DNA of 60,612 bases from Parasitella parasitica NRRL 2501 (taxonomy: Eukaryota; Fungi; Mucoromycota), in the NCBI GenBank assembly GCA_025201805.1, contig MU619269.1, forward strand, positions 1 through 60,612, given 5' to 3'. Below the pieces are notes generated by a model, which worked only from the letters and a program-made list of their open reading frames with translations, was not told the origin of the DNA and did no database searches. Made by a program: the position numbers and the translations under genes. Shown piece by piece: positions 36,826-51,499 of the stretch; within the stretch, counting starts at the first letter, position 1, and each line of letters starts with the position of its first letter.

Positions 36826-39085
36826 GCAATCTCTAATATCTTTGCAAACTATTAAGCGATAAAGACACAAACTTCAGTTAAAATCTTCAAGAGTAAGATT
36901 TAGAAATCGCTATTATAAAAAGGTATTTTTAAAGCTTAGTAATTTATACGGTTTGATGCAACATTTAAGGGCTTACAAAAAATACTTCGTCTAAATATCT
37001 AACTTATTAATTTTTTGAGATATGATTAAGCAATGAAAATTTGGGATGTGGGCAAGTTGCAATGGAAACATATTTCTGAGCTTGAATTTACCACTGCAAA
37101 TACAGCCCTTTAGCAGTGAAGCACCTATTTCAATTGAGGAGCAAAGCATAAACTCCAAAAGCAATCTGGTTATGTCGTGATATGAATCAATAGCCAAGAT
37201 GCTGTAAAATATGACTTCAAAAGCTATTTTTATGAAGCTTTATGTTTTGGTCAAAATAAATGCCACCTAATCATGACCATCACCTTTTCCCCCGCTTAAA
37301 AGTATAATCTACAATCTGTAATATCTTTACAAACTATTTAGCAATAGAGACACAACCTTCAGCCAAAATCTTTTTTTTTTTGCATTATTCTATAACATAT
37401 CCGAGTTTTATGCATCTCTGACGATTTTTCAGATTTTGCTATGTTTCGACCCCAAACCTCATGTTCGATTTTTAGTTTTCGACTTTGGGTCAACCTTCAG
37501 GGTCATTTTTTGGTACGGATTTGGGGTCCAAGCCAAATATACATCCAAGGACTGGTACGCTAACTGTACCTCACTACAACTTTCGATTCTTGATATCTAT
37601 CTTTGCTGTCGAGATATTGCCCAAACCAGATTTTGCAGATTTTGCAGATTTTACAGTACATGTTCCTATAACAAGTACCATATTTTGCAACTAAACCAAG
37701 TTCAAGTTCCTAATTAAAGTAATGAAGCACATTTTGGTACACCTACTGGTATTAAGTATGTCTTGGTAAATCTTGAATTCGACAAGCTAGAGTCAATTTT
37801 GCCTTTTTACTTTAAATTTTGTCCGCCTATTTCTCAACAAACTACTAAGACACTTTGGTCTGAGCAATTACTAAAATATGTTTGAAACTTGGTTTTCTAC
37901 TAGTTGTATTAGTTTTAGATAGATATGTCGAAAAAAATATTTTTTCATATGTTTTTAGCAGAGGCTTCATTTATTTTCACAAATTTCAGAGCAATAAATA
38001 GTATTTAAAGATACATGATATACCAATACTAAAATAAAGCTACAAAATAGCTATGGAATGGTTTTTATTTGGTTAAAAAATGTCAATTTTCGAGCGAGAT
38101 AATGACGAAAAACAGTATGGTTTTTTACCCTTTTGAATGGCTTCATTTTGGCCCTCTAAGTATAGGGCCCGAAAATCGTAGATTCATTTTGGTCGAGACA
38201 AGATTTNNNNNNNNNNNNNNNNNNNNNNNNNNNNNNNNNNNNNNNNNNNNNNNNNNNNNNNNNNNNNNNNNNNNNNNNNNNNNNNNNNNNNNNNNNNNNN
38301 NNNNNNNNNNNNNNNNNNNNNNNNNNNNNNNNNNNNNNNNNNNNNNNNNNNNNNNNNNNNNNNNNNNNNNNNNNNNNNNNNNNNNNNNNNNNNNNNNNNN
38401 NNNNNNNNNNNNNNNNNNNNNNNNNNNNNNNNNNNNNNNNNNNNNNNNNNNNNNNNNNNNNNNNNNNNNNNNNNNNNNNNNNNNNNNNNNNNNNNNNNNN
38501 NNNNNNATGCTGAGATTCAATCTACAGCTTATTTTTTCGCTGTAAATGAGGGCACCAACTATTTTCAATTGAAGAGCAAAGCATGATTCTACTAGGTAAT
38601 TTGGGTATGTCTTAACATGAGTTGATAGCTGAGGTATTGTATAATACGGGCTCAAAAACCATTTTTGTATACCTTCATTTTGGATGAAGTAATTATCCCC
38701 AAATCTGAAATATTACCTCTTTTCCCGCTTAAAGGCTTAATTTGCAATCTCTAATAACTTAAGAAACTATTAAGCAATAAAGCTATAACCTTTAGCTAAA
38801 ATCTTTTTTTCCCACTATTATACAGCATATCCAAGTCTCATGAATCTCTGACCATGTTTCAAATTTTTCTATGTTTGGACCCCAAACCTCAGACTGGATC
38901 AATTTTTAGGTACGGATTTGGGGTCCAAGCAAAGAATCATCCTAATACTAGCACACCAACTGTATTTTACCGCGTTTTCCAATTCTCAATGTCTATCTTT
39001 GTTGTGGAGATATTGACAAACAAGATTCTGCCAATAATTTTACAGCACAAAATCCTATAACAAGTACCAAACTTCTCAAGTAAAC
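36826..39085. repeat. Diverged ~600 bp direct repeats (37075-37700 vs 38508-39085; partial copy at 36826-36885) around a 300-N gap
   Basis: Shared blocks tttcaattga.gagcaaagcat, cccgcttaaa, gaccccaaacctca, ggtacggatttggggtccaagc, cctataacaagtacca. Confidence 0.85.
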
Positions 39086-40112
39086 GATACATGAGCCAAC
39101 ACATCTGCTGGTAGCAAGAATGTCATAACCAAGTTTTGTATCAAAAGACAGAGCTTGTTGAACACTTTTACAATGAGCTTTTTTACTCTATTTCTTCAAC
39201 AAACCGTTAAACGATAGAAAAACATGAAGCCGCATTATATACCAATTGACATCCCAACATATACGCACGTACAAACGAAGGGTTAGATTCTCATGATGAA
39301 CTTTAGGCTAAAGTGTATGCATGTTAATTAAGCGAAGCAAGGCAGTTGTGAAGAACATCTTTACATCGGACTGATCCGCGTCTCAAGGGATGACATGAAT
39401 TTAAATATACTTGACTTGGTATAAATATCCAATTGCATTAAATCGAATATATTATTTGAAACGTACTACGACAAAAAAAAACTCGGTTTATCCAAAATAG
39501 TGTTACTTGTTTAATAATTCAAAAAATGTCAAAATAAAAAAAAAAAGTGTACCATACCTTGATTCGACAGATGAGGAAGCACAGTAAACAAGAATTTGAC
39601 ATAGATCTGCATTTACAAGATAACAAAGCTTATATCAAGGATGTGCCCACATCTCAGCAAGAAAAAGAACTTAAAATGACGGAACAGTGTAGATATCTGC
39701 CATGATTTTATATTACTGCCTATATTAACATTTGTGTTGATTTTAAATTTGTGCGACACCTGCCTTTCAAACAGGTGAAGTTGGGCGGATATAGTTGATC
39801 CGTGCTAAATTACACAGAGATTGTACCTTTAAGAATAAAATATCACTCTTCAATACCGAGCACTATCAAAACTCATACTTTTTATTTTAAGTTTGTTCAT
39901 GATTTTCTTTTTGCTCCCTTTTTCTTATTTTTTACAACGATATCCGACACCGCGTCTTCGTTCTCTCTTTCTTTGTTTCTCTCTTTCTCACTTTTGGTCT
40001 ACCCCCCCTTTTTTTAGCATTTAATTTTTTTGAAAAAGAAAAGGGCCTCTCTTTTTTTTTTAAGATTACTTTCTTTCTTCTCTTTTATCAAATCGTCTTG
40101 AGACTTTGAAAA

Positions 40113-43100
40113 ATGAAAACCAGTGCAAAGCTCATAGGTAACTTGGTTCACCGAGTTTCTGTTCGAGTAAGTGGTCTGAATCAGAGAAGATAATCATGTC
40201 TGTATCCCGTATGAAAACTTATTCTTTGTCAAGTTACCATATAAAAGTGGCAGGAAGATCGAAGTTGTTGAGCAAGATCCCATTGTCAAGCAAACAGGTA
40301 TTATATAGCTCATCATGAACCTCGGGGCATGAATTAAACTGTGTGCTTTTCGACATTTAGTTGCGGCAATTATCGAATTGTCAAAATACAAGTTATCCAT
40401 TGTTGCAAACACATTGGGTTATGTCTTGGAAAGTGTGTCAAAGGTAGTAATAGCAAAGATACGCTGTGTCATTTATGCTAATCATTAAGCAGACCCATCA
40501 AATTTACGAAAAAAATGTCCCAATCGAAATCATGCAATCGAAATTGTTTGTTCTTCGGCTTTTGTCTGCATGCATGCAGCACCATTGGCAGTATTGTCGA
40601 GATCTTGAAAAGGAGAAGAATAAAGACACACCAATAAGTGAACTAGATGTTACACTGCCACCATTAGACGCAGCATTAGTCACGTTCATGCTGGTATTGA
40701 TGAGTAGATATATCACCCAATTTCATCTGATCGAAGAATCGTCTAATCAGGAACAAAATAATACGCCAATATCCTTTGTTGACTTTAATGAAAGCGAATG
40801 CGGATACAGTTACGAGCAGATCAAGCTTAGTTTAATTACCGACATCTACAAAGCATCCTCGCGAATTCTATACTACATCAGTGCGAGCAATTGGGATGTC
40901 TGCTATGCTAAAATCAAAAATGCTGTGCTCAGTTTGGATTCGATCAACGGAACTGCAGACAAAATTCCTCCTGAAATTCGAATGCTTGAATGCAGTTGTT
41001 TGACAAGAGAAAGATTACATACTCTATTTTCAGGTACATCAATGTTGCAAGTTCGTAAAGTCATTATAACTAACTGCTTGGGGGGATAGAATTGAGCCCA
41101 TGCTTTCTCCACATGAGACAAGACGGCAAACTACTATTCTCCAAGATGATGAGAAAAGCCATTTGGAAATGGATAGAGAAGTACCCTTCGCAATTTACAG
41201 AAATGTGTACCAGCACCACACGTTTACTTTCTGGATCAGAAGTGCTTTTTGACATGTGTGCGTCTACAGCTGACAACTCGACGAAAAAAGCAGTGCTTTG
41301 GCCATTGCAAGCAATTTTGTTAGTGTTATCCCCTGGGCTTTTGCTGCAGGCGTTTCATGATTCACCCCCCATACATAACCGACGAGCCAATTTTCTAGCG
41401 CTGCTAAAGCAATCACTCCAAACAACGAGGAACGTGGATATTGCTGCTGCGTGTTATGTCGACCTGATCAAAGCTGCAACTTATTTACCTCCCAGCGACG
41501 AGTGTGTGCTGAGATCGATTGCTGCAGATATTCAAACCGATCTAAAAGCAAAGGTGTGGGATTTCACAAAGCCTTCACCAGAATCAACGTTTGCCACATT
41601 TGGTTACACCATCGATCAGCAAATACTCACCACCAACTTCTTATTATCTCGCATACGCCTTCATCCTGAAGACACGCTTTTGAACATCATCCCTTCATGC
41701 ACCGAGGAAACTGTGCCGATATTATTTAAATTGGCCCTTGTAAAAACTTGCCTTGCAATTGTGATGGACGAAAACCACCTTGCTTGGAATCCTACGATCT
41801 CATCCCTTTACGACGGATTATGTGCTCCATTAAGAAAGCTATTTTTGCAGACAATACACATGGATCTGAACAGCTCGCCCAGTAGCAAGAAAAAGGAAAC
41901 GCACAGTAACCATAACAACCGTGTTGAATTGCTGCTGGATATGCTCAGATTATATAGACTGGACACAACATTGGCTATATTCGGTAATGAATCAAATCGT
42001 GTTGACGAAATCAGTGCATGTATGGTTGGTTTGGGCAGACTATTTCAACATCCAGTACAGCGAATTAGACAGGGCGCATTAGAATTGCTAGTAAAGCTCC
42101 ATCAGGCAGACATCATCAAGGACTGGGGTCCACCAGGCCAGCTTATCGTCAGTTTCTGGAAGGTATCTTCCCCTGTCGTTCTCGTCCTAGCAAGACAGAT
42201 AATAGAAATCAAGTCCAATGACGATAACCTCAAGTCATCGCTACAATTGTTGATAAAGCTCCTTAAATCCAGAAACATATTTCTCAAAAGCAATCAAGTA
42301 AGTGGCATCAAAGCGCATCTGTAACAAGCACTTATATCGTCGCATTAGGATTTGTTAGCTCCTGAGTACGCTAATATGCGCGAAAGACTGCAGGCATCTG
42401 TCGCGCTTGAAATCGCGCTATTAGTTTCCTTGTGCTCTGCCAACAAGGAAGTTTGTGATGACGCATCTCAGTGTATTGGTCTGTTGTGCAAAGAAGTAAA
42501 AATGGTTGGCTTCGATGAAGGTGGTGAGGTGAGGGCGTTGACAATTGCATGCAATCTCAGCTTATACGAGGAACTGTCTGCAGACGACTCCAAGTTTATA
42601 GGGCGCAAAGCGCAACAGAAGCGTATCAGAAAGTATCTGCAGATGCTGCCTCAGCATACTCCTGGTAATATGGCTGCATGGGAAGAAGCCTGGAAGCGCT
42701 GGAAGCAATTGACACTTTTAATGAGTCGAGTCTCAGATGATAAAGCTGATGATAGCTCTATTGATACATCCAACAGCTCTCTGAGCAATGTCTCACTCAA
42801 CTCCCCATCAACCATGACCATACCTTCCAACAACAGTAGTCCAAATGTCAATTCCAATGGCAACTTGAAGAAACTGCCTTTACCTCGCAATGGTGGAGGC
42901 AATCCAGAAAAGACGAGAAGTATGAATACCCCATCGTCCGCTTTGATGAACAATTCTGTGAAATCGCAGCAGAGCCTGGACATGTATGAAGACAGAGCCA
43001 GCGAATGGCAGAATTTTACAGGTTTTTTGGCAGCATTAGGCGGTTGCTGCTTGGATGAAAGTGTCTCTGTATCGTCAGCCATGGAACAACAGCAATCTCG

Positions 43101-46100
43101 CAGAATATCTTCATCAAATCAACCTATCATCATGGTAGACCGGTTTATCAGCGAGATGACAGAAATGCTTGTATCAGAAAATGTGTATATCTCTGAAGGC
43201 ATTAAGGACACGCTCGGTAATGATCTTTCGCCTGCATTGTACATGATTCTTTTCCAGCATCTGGAGGCGTACATGAGCAAATGCTTTGATGCTAATGGGG
43301 ACGCTATCCGCAGCCCACGAAACAAGTTATTTGTGGAACAGGCTGTAATTGTGCTTCGACTAATCTTGGACCGACTTGTCAACTCCAGCGATTGCTTGCT
43401 GAATATCGATTTCAGTACACTGATTCACCAATTTGCCGATTACCTGAATCGACTTCCAAACACTTACGTTACGTTACGTATCAAGATTAAAATGTGTCTG
43501 TTAGTTGAAGCAATCATACAGAAGAGGGCGAGAATTGTCATCAGGGGCGAGATGCGATTAAGAAATAGACTTTTGGAGATCTGCATAGAATGGACAAGCG
43601 GTATCGCATCAGTAAGTCCTAATAATCACTCGCGAAGTTTGCAAGAGATGTAATTCGTCTATATTTTAGTTGCGAAAGCCAGTTGAAACAGGCCAGCAAA
43701 TCGATCGACTTCAAAAAGACTTGGATCAGGTGTGTTTAAAGGCAATAGTGAGCCTACTTCAGCAGCTGCCTTTACAACCGCCAGAAGCTGTCAGACCTGC
43801 CGACATTGGGCAGATCAAGAGCAAATTATTTCTAAAATACTTTAGCTTTTTCCGCAAGCTATTGGACAAGTACAAGCAAACTGAAAACGATGCTCACATT
43901 GTGAGTAAGCTTGGAATACACTCCTCTACAAATTTATCGAATGGCCACCTTACTCAGCCAATAAAAGGGTTAAATGGTGCTGCTGCAGCTAACGACAATT
44001 TTCAAGATTTTAGTCAAATGAAAGAGCTAACCATATTGGCCATGTCGCATATGTTGAGTGCAAATGTTGATGCAGGGCTCAAATACTCCTTATCGATGGG
44101 TTATGATGACGATCAGGAAACGAGAATGGCATTTATGCAGGTGCTTACAAACATCCTAAATCAAGGCACAGAATTTGAGACTCTAGCAGAGAGTGTCATG
44201 ACAGATCGATATGAAAAATTGATTGATGTAAGTCGTCTCAACCCAATTTGGAGAGTGCGCATTTACTAACAAAGCTTGCAGATGCTTGTAGATGCCGACA
44301 TGGATATTGTAATGTCATTGTGTGAAGTTTGCCCTTCCGCAGACACAACTGGCGTTGCCGAGATATTATTGATCTGCTTTGAGTCTCGCTCAAAAGTGGT
44401 GCCATTGCTGAAAGCTGTAGTTCAGAAGGAGATCTCATTGACAGGTATATATATTACGTACGCCGTATTGATTTAGCCAGATATCAACTGAAATGGACTA
44501 CATAACTTTTAGAACAAGAGGCCACCTTATTTAGAGGTACGACCATGGCTACACGTATACTTTCTATTTTTGCAAAGTCATCGTGCTTTGACTATATTCG
44601 TATTACACTACAACCTGCTTTGGAACAAATCAATGCCCTGCCTGAAGATCAGCTTACTTGGGAACTTGATCCGCAAACAGTCGGCTCTATGGATGAAGTA
44701 GCGAGAAACAAACGAAATGTGATACACGCTACTGAAGTTTTGTTGAATGCCATCTGCTCATCGGTGGATAACGCTCCACAGTAAGTTGTTGTATGTATTA
44801 GCTGATTACCTTATTTCTGATCCATCATATTTTAGTGAATTCCGTCAAGAGTTGTCGTTAATCAGTGAAGCTGTGGGTGCTCGTTTCCCTGAGGCTAAAT
44901 CGACAGCAGTAGGCGGTTTTGTGTTTCTTCGATTATTTGGCCCTGCCATTTTGACTCCTGAAAATGCTGGTTTTGCAAAACATGTCTTGCCAAAAAGCCC
45001 CAATGTTCGCAAAATTCTGCTGCAAGCAACTCGAGTGATGCAGAATTTAGCCAACAACGTTCTCTTTGGATCTAAAGAAACACATATGATTGTGCTGAAC
45101 GATTTCTTAACAAGCAACATATACAGGGTGACACATTTCTTGAGATCAATCTCTACATTACAGCTTGGTAACATAAACCACATTGGAGGTTCGGTTTATA
45201 TGGATCAATATGGATACATTCGACTTCACAAGTATCTCTCGGATAACTTGGAGCGCATGTCTAGGCAACTGACTGGCCGCAGAGTGTCAAAGGGATCTGC
45301 CTCGGATACGCAATCTTTATTAGGGTGGAAGAAGACGCTCGATAAGCTATCGAATCTGCTCGCACAGCTAGGGAGACCATCAGAGGTACCAAATACAGAG
45401 TTAATGTATGCTCGGAACTATGCTGTCACAAACAGCAATCACTACTTTAGCGAATTCATGCGTAGAAATGCGTATCGTGATCTCTCTGTCATTAGTGCAC
45501 AGAATGTGTTTTATCTCGGTGGCGCATCGAAAGGTGGACGTCCAGTCTTTTATCTCGTATCTCGTTTAGTTGATGTTGATGAAATGGATTTCGAGCTGTT
45601 GGTGTACTACATGCTACGTGTAAGTGCCCCCTTTTTCATAGGGTCAGTACAGCACAACTAAATTTTCTTTAGGTAATGGAGCCTTATTTGAACAATCCAT
45701 ACGAAATTTTATTCGACGTAACAGAGTTTAACCCTACAAGAGCTATTCCAGTCCATTGGCTATCAAAATTCTTTCAACTTATTTTCAGTGAAATTAATGA
45801 TTATCTTGTGTCAATTCACATGTATAATCCAAATACATTTTTACAGCGCCATTTCCGTGAATTACCTAGAGGCCTTGTGAACAAGCTTATAAAGAGGGTC
45901 CATTTCTATTCAAATTTAGTTGAATTGAATGAATCTATTGCAACATCTATGGTGAAACTGCCTAAAGAAACTCGTAAGTGTGCATGTGGGAGCCTTGTTT
46001 TACAACCCAGTGCCTCAATCAAGTCTTTTTTTACAGTTGATCTAGAAAAAGAGTCGAGTGTTACAATTCATCCAGTTTCCAGAATCACAAATTCGAGAGC

Positions 46101-48985
46101 ATCCATTCCTGTAACAATCAAGATTGGTCCAGAATTCATCCAAGTTATCACTGTAAAATGAAACAAAAGTGAAAAAAAAAGTGGCCTGATAAAAATGCTA
46201 ATTACTGTGTTATATTTAGATGAAGAGACAGGAAATTGTGTACAACATCAGTTGCACTTTACGGGATGTCTACCATATTGCTAATCTAGATGATATCGTT
46301 GCTCTTCCGTCTTCAAAGCCAGAAAATGGCGGTGAAATATCCATCAAATATGACCGCGGAAAGTCAACCATGGTGCTCTCTACTACCAAACGAGATGTTC
46401 TACTAGCAGTGAGTCAAACAAGCCTGTATATTGAATATAGCATGTGTTAACCACCTAATGACAGCACCTTCGCCATAGTAAAAAGCGATATGAGACATCA
46501 AGGCCCGCATCCATCAGCGAACGCGCAATCCGTCCGAATGATGTGCCTGGAAGGCTACTCAACATGGCATTGTTGAATGTTGGAAGCGAAGACCCCAATC
46601 TCCGCTTAGCAGCATACAACTTGCTTTACTCGCTTAGCCTGTCATTTAAATTTGATATCGGTAATCAGCTGCTAAATGCAAGAGGTGTGTCATTCTATCA
46701 CAAACTGGGCTACATTGTACTAATTTGTATTTGAAAAGACTTGTGTATCCCGTCCAATAGTTCAGACTTTATTGTCAGCATTAGTCAAAGTTTGGCTAAA
46801 AGCGAGCTTCATTTGACAATGGAATTCCTGAATGAGGTATTTATTGGATTTGCTAAATCAAGTGAGCCCATGAGACAATTGTCTCTGGATTACATGGTGC
46901 CGTGGCTGAGGAATTTGGCTGTATTTACTCGCCATTCCCTTGATGATCACAAGAAGAACTTGTCAAAAACCAAAGATCTCATTCGCCTGTTGATTGATAT
47001 AACTGTTAAAAGAGTTGAGGTGAGATAAGTAGATGCATTTTGCGATATAGAGTTACTAATCAAACCTGAACAATATAGCTATACAAGCATATTCAAGCTC
47101 GAGTATGGAAAACAATTGCCCAAATAGACGATATTACCAACTTGGTCATTGATTGCTTCGTGCAGTATTCAGTTGAAAATGGCATTGGATCAGCACAAAC
47201 AGAAATCATAGCTGACACTTTGGTCACGATGGCAAGTGTCTCTATTCGCGGCAAAGTCATTAGCCGCATGAGAAGAGTCATTGAGAGCACATCTATTCAA
47301 CCATGTCGTCAATTGATTGAGCATCCATCATGGACCGAAATTGCTGTGCTTTTAAGGTTTATCCTTATGCTCTCGTTCAACAATACCGGGCCTGTTATGC
47401 CCTACATTCCCGAGATATTCCATATTGTAACTATTCTAGTCGTCACTGGCCCTACTTTAATGAGAACTTCCGTGCATGAACTAGTCGTCAACACCATTCA
47501 TACCCTTTGCACGATGGGCATTCCTCTGGCAGACGAAAGCTTCAACAAATTACACTTTGTATTGAATGATTTATGTGATAGCAAAAATCGGGTGTCTTTT
47601 GGACTTACAAAGCAGCATGCCAACGCATTCACCATCACAAGAGAAACAACAACCGATTTTGTAGATGTTATTGATCTTGTTTCTCTGCAAAATATCGTCC
47701 GCCTACTATTGGATGCTTTGAATTATGGTGCTCCTACAGTTGATATTGCAAATACATGGCGCGCTCGATGGATGGGTCTGGTTACAAGCACAGCCTTTTA
47801 TTTCAACCCTGCGATTCAGCCCAGGTCTTTTGTTACTCTTGGTTGTTTGGCTCAGGATGAGGTTGACGATGATCTCATCTATCAAATATTGGTGGCATTG
47901 AAGGGTGCATTGGCTATATTCAACGAGTCTGACTCTAGTTTGATCACGAGCATAATGATGTGCCTTAGTAATATCATTGACAATCTACCTACTAATTCTC
48001 GCTATCTTTTGCAATTGTTCTGGTTGGCAATCGCGCTCGTACAAGTGGGCCATCCTGCTACATTCCCAACTGCAGTACAGTTCCTCCAATCAGTTTTGAG
48101 AGCGCTCGATTCTCGTAAGCTATTCGCAGACAGATCAATTGAGCAAGTTCTCTTAAGTGCTCGCGTTGGTTTGCATCCTATTGTTGATGAACTAGATGAT
48201 GCTTGTGGTGTTTGCTTCAACAACTACTTTTCGTTTGCTATCGCTGCCATCTTGTTGAAGGGGCTGAAACAATGTGACAACAAGGATGTTATTTTCCAGT
48301 GTTTGACAACATTCCTTGAAGTAGATAGTAAGCGACCTATGGATCAGGGATGTATTGAAGCAAGCTCTCTAGGCTATCTTGCTGGACTTTTACCGTTTGC
48401 AACAAAAGACGACACATTGAAAGAACTTCTACGTTTGGCAGGAATTATAGATGTGGAGATGGATAGCATCGATTTTGGAACCTCTCGCTCTGGACTGTTT
48501 GACTTGTTAGAAATACCAGATAACAGTACAGCATTGCTGCTCATTTCTCTTTTGGTTACACTACTGAATGCTTCGGAAAACGAATCCGAGAGGTTATTTT
48601 TGTATACTCTATTGGCTGATGCTGCTGTTTCCGTTCCAGATGTGTTTGCCCTAGTGTAAGTCTAGATCTCTGCAATGATTTGCACTATGTATTAATGAAT
48701 TTGTTTGTATTTAGTTATGAATCATTATTACCAAAAATGAATCAAATGGTACTGAATAGTCAAAATCAAGATGTCATTGAAGCAGTGAAAAGCATCCTGT
48801 TAACCGCTTGTTCGGAACCAGCATTTAGTAGCGTACCCATGAATAATAGAACACAGAAGTGGGGCTTAGAGAGTCTCAAATTCTCTTCACTCGGGGAGCC
48901 CACATTTGGTGCTATCAAAACCAATGTTGGATTCAACGCAAAATTAGCCAGTAAGCTGTTGGGCTGCATTACAGACCAACGATAA
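40113..48985 (+). CDS. NF1: Neurofibromin / Ira-like Ras GTPase-activating protein, many exons
   Basis: ISASNWD, WPLQAILL, EWQNFTGFLAALGG, LSANVDAGLKY, arginine finger TLFRG, GFVFLR..PAI, Sec14-PH region, IRPNDVPG.LLN.ALLN, NPAIQPR. Confidence 0.97.
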
Positions 48986-49989
48986 TGAATGAAAGAGACC
49001 CCTATTTAATATTACCAGTAACTACTAATTTATAATACCTGTTGGAATCGATTCCTTAATCATAATGCAATAAAAACTTTTAGAAACCAGGATCAGAGCA
49101 ACCCTGGCTTCTTTTTTTTCAATCATTAATAAAGACCCTACGTTCTCCGTGATATAATCGGTTGTAGTCTCTTTATTTAATTGTCTTTAGAATTAATCGT
49201 TTTTCGTATCAAAATAACTCTTATCATGGATATAAGTATAGTTTTGTAGTGCGTATCTGGAAACTGGGAATATGCATCTGAAGCATAGATTTTATATGGC
49301 ATAAGCTCGTAGCACCTACTAAATCCAGTAAATGTTTAAGGCTCGCATCGAGATGTAGGTAAAAGTCTATAGCGTTATCCATCCTAATGGTGCCATCTCT
49401 ATCCTATATCTTATATAGTATAAATCTGTATTGTACATCTTATTAACTGTGCACATATGTAGTCTATATCAATCTAAAGTAACTGGATAAATCAAGAAGT
49501 GGAACGCAGATCATCACAGTGAATGTATTTCACAGAAATAATGTTACCTCTTTCCAATCTTATAAGAATAAGTCATTTAAAATACTATAATCAATGTGCT
49601 CATCGATTAACTTTATGCTATTTTGCCACAGTTATGCCTACAAATAATTTTTAATTTACTTCATTTGTTTTCTGGCACTGTCCACCCTTTTTTTTTGTCT
49701 TTATTAATGTTCATGCGTGTCGATGTCGGTGCCGATGTCGTTAATCTTTATGCGTTTAATGATGAATTCGATGGTAAGTTTATAACTCGTTTTGAGATAA
49801 TCAAAGATATGATAATAATCCGAAAATAGACGAGAATATGGATACCCCTAATCTACCATTAAAATGGAAGTCAAATACAAATCTCATAGTTCAGCTTCTA
49901 CTGAATGAACAAGAAATAATAAATCTGCTCGTTCGAGCTTTGGTAGGTATGATACATAATAGTTTTTCGTAAAGCTTACTACTCGTATA

Positions 49990-50780
49990 TGGCACATAGC
50001 TTTAATTATAGGTATGTACGTTCAAAAAAAACAGCTTTGTAGTGCATCAGAAGAGATGGCCAGAGGCTGGAGGTTTCTTTAAAGTATACAAGTCTCAGGA
50101 TGAAAGTGATGACCGTTTCAAACCAATAGTTTTAACAATTCAAAGTATTAATTCTGAAAATTATGCGATACTGTTTACTTGTTTGCGAAAGATTCAATTA
50201 TTTACCAACTGTATTAATTATTGCCTACAAAGACTGCCTTGGTTCAAAAGAAATTGAACCAAATTCACATTTGGTAAAAGTCAAATCTGGATTTTGGGCA
50301 GAAAATTGTCTGATGTTTCTTCCCGATTCGTATATCATATCTCTGAATGATTAATCTGTAAATGCTTTTCATGCCTTACAGTGCTCACGGTGCCAATTGT
50401 CGCATCCAGATAAGGTATTTTCCTTTTCTTCTGTAGAAAATCAAATAATAAAAAAAGAGAATGAATAGATTTTATTCGAAAATAAAATAAATACTATTCT
50501 TGTTTTTAGGCGCGTTTAACGGATGGTGAAAGAGCTTTTTAATGAGTTTGCTGAGGTGTAAGAGTTAAATAACGCTTGATTAAAAATCTTTTCCCAGTTT
50601 TTTTTGGCGAAGCTTGTTTAGTTTCGATATGCTTTCAATAAAAGGAAAATCTTCTGCTGTGTATTTTTGCTGTTGTGCTTGCGAGGTCTCTTGATCGAGT
50701 TTATATTCATCATTTATCTTTGACTCGTTTAACTTTAACAAACAAGATTAAAATTTACAGTGCTGTCCATAATGTCTAAT
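49990..50780. pseudogene. Degenerate fragments of a probable multicopy Mucorales protein family (N-part on +, C-part on -)
   Basis: + strand: KPIVLTIQ, LPTVLII, GFWAENCL. - strand: EDFPFIE..KNWEKIF..LFNSYTSANSLKSSF. Stops and frameshifts are present; the family was recognised from memory only. Confidence 0.35.
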
Positions 50781-51499
50781 TTTAAAAAGACAGATTTGTA
50801 AAATATGTGAAAAGAACTGGAAAGGAAAAGCATTATGATGTTACATTGATAATGAATAAAAGTGATGAAGTACAACTATAGTTATCCGTACTTTATCGTT
50901 TTAAATAGACTGAAGAAACAAACATGCCCTAGAGATAAACATGTATTCATATAAACTGTAGCTCTCCTACAGTGATGATGTCTATTTTACAGGTCCCTCT
51001 AAGAATAACTGTTCGTCATTGACATTCTTTCACATAATACTGTGGTAGTTATTATAGTGGTATTCCTCCTTTGCTAAGAACGTACACAAGTGCATGTCGA
51101 AGGAGAATATTATGTCGTCAGTAGCCTTGTAAAAAGGTCTCTCCAAGCATTTATTCAAGGGCTTTTCTCGGTTTAGCCTCTTGCACTTTGAATTCGTGTT
51201 TTCTTTTTCCAAACATTGACTAGGTGGCGTAGTAGACGCAACGTAACGCATCACTCATTGTGTTGTATAACGGTGGGTTAATGAGTGGAGTCATTACTAT
51301 GACCTCGCCAGTCGTACAGGTGATCAAAGACACTTGCTTAACTTATACAGTATCCCTTTTCTCGAACGGATCTATTTGTGTTTTTAAGAGATTCTGAGTT
51401 TTGTACGTTTTTCAATGGGGCTGTGTTCTGATCAATTGGGAAAAGGAAGTGGTATAAAGTGTTTATGACGAATAACGATTCAATAATTTAAATTTATTG

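Noticed and set aside
38069-38655. ORFs spanning the 300-N gap
   Set aside because: Artefacts of ambiguous bases.
51030-51254. 74 aa minus-strand ORF
   Set aside because: No homology cue or clear gene structure.
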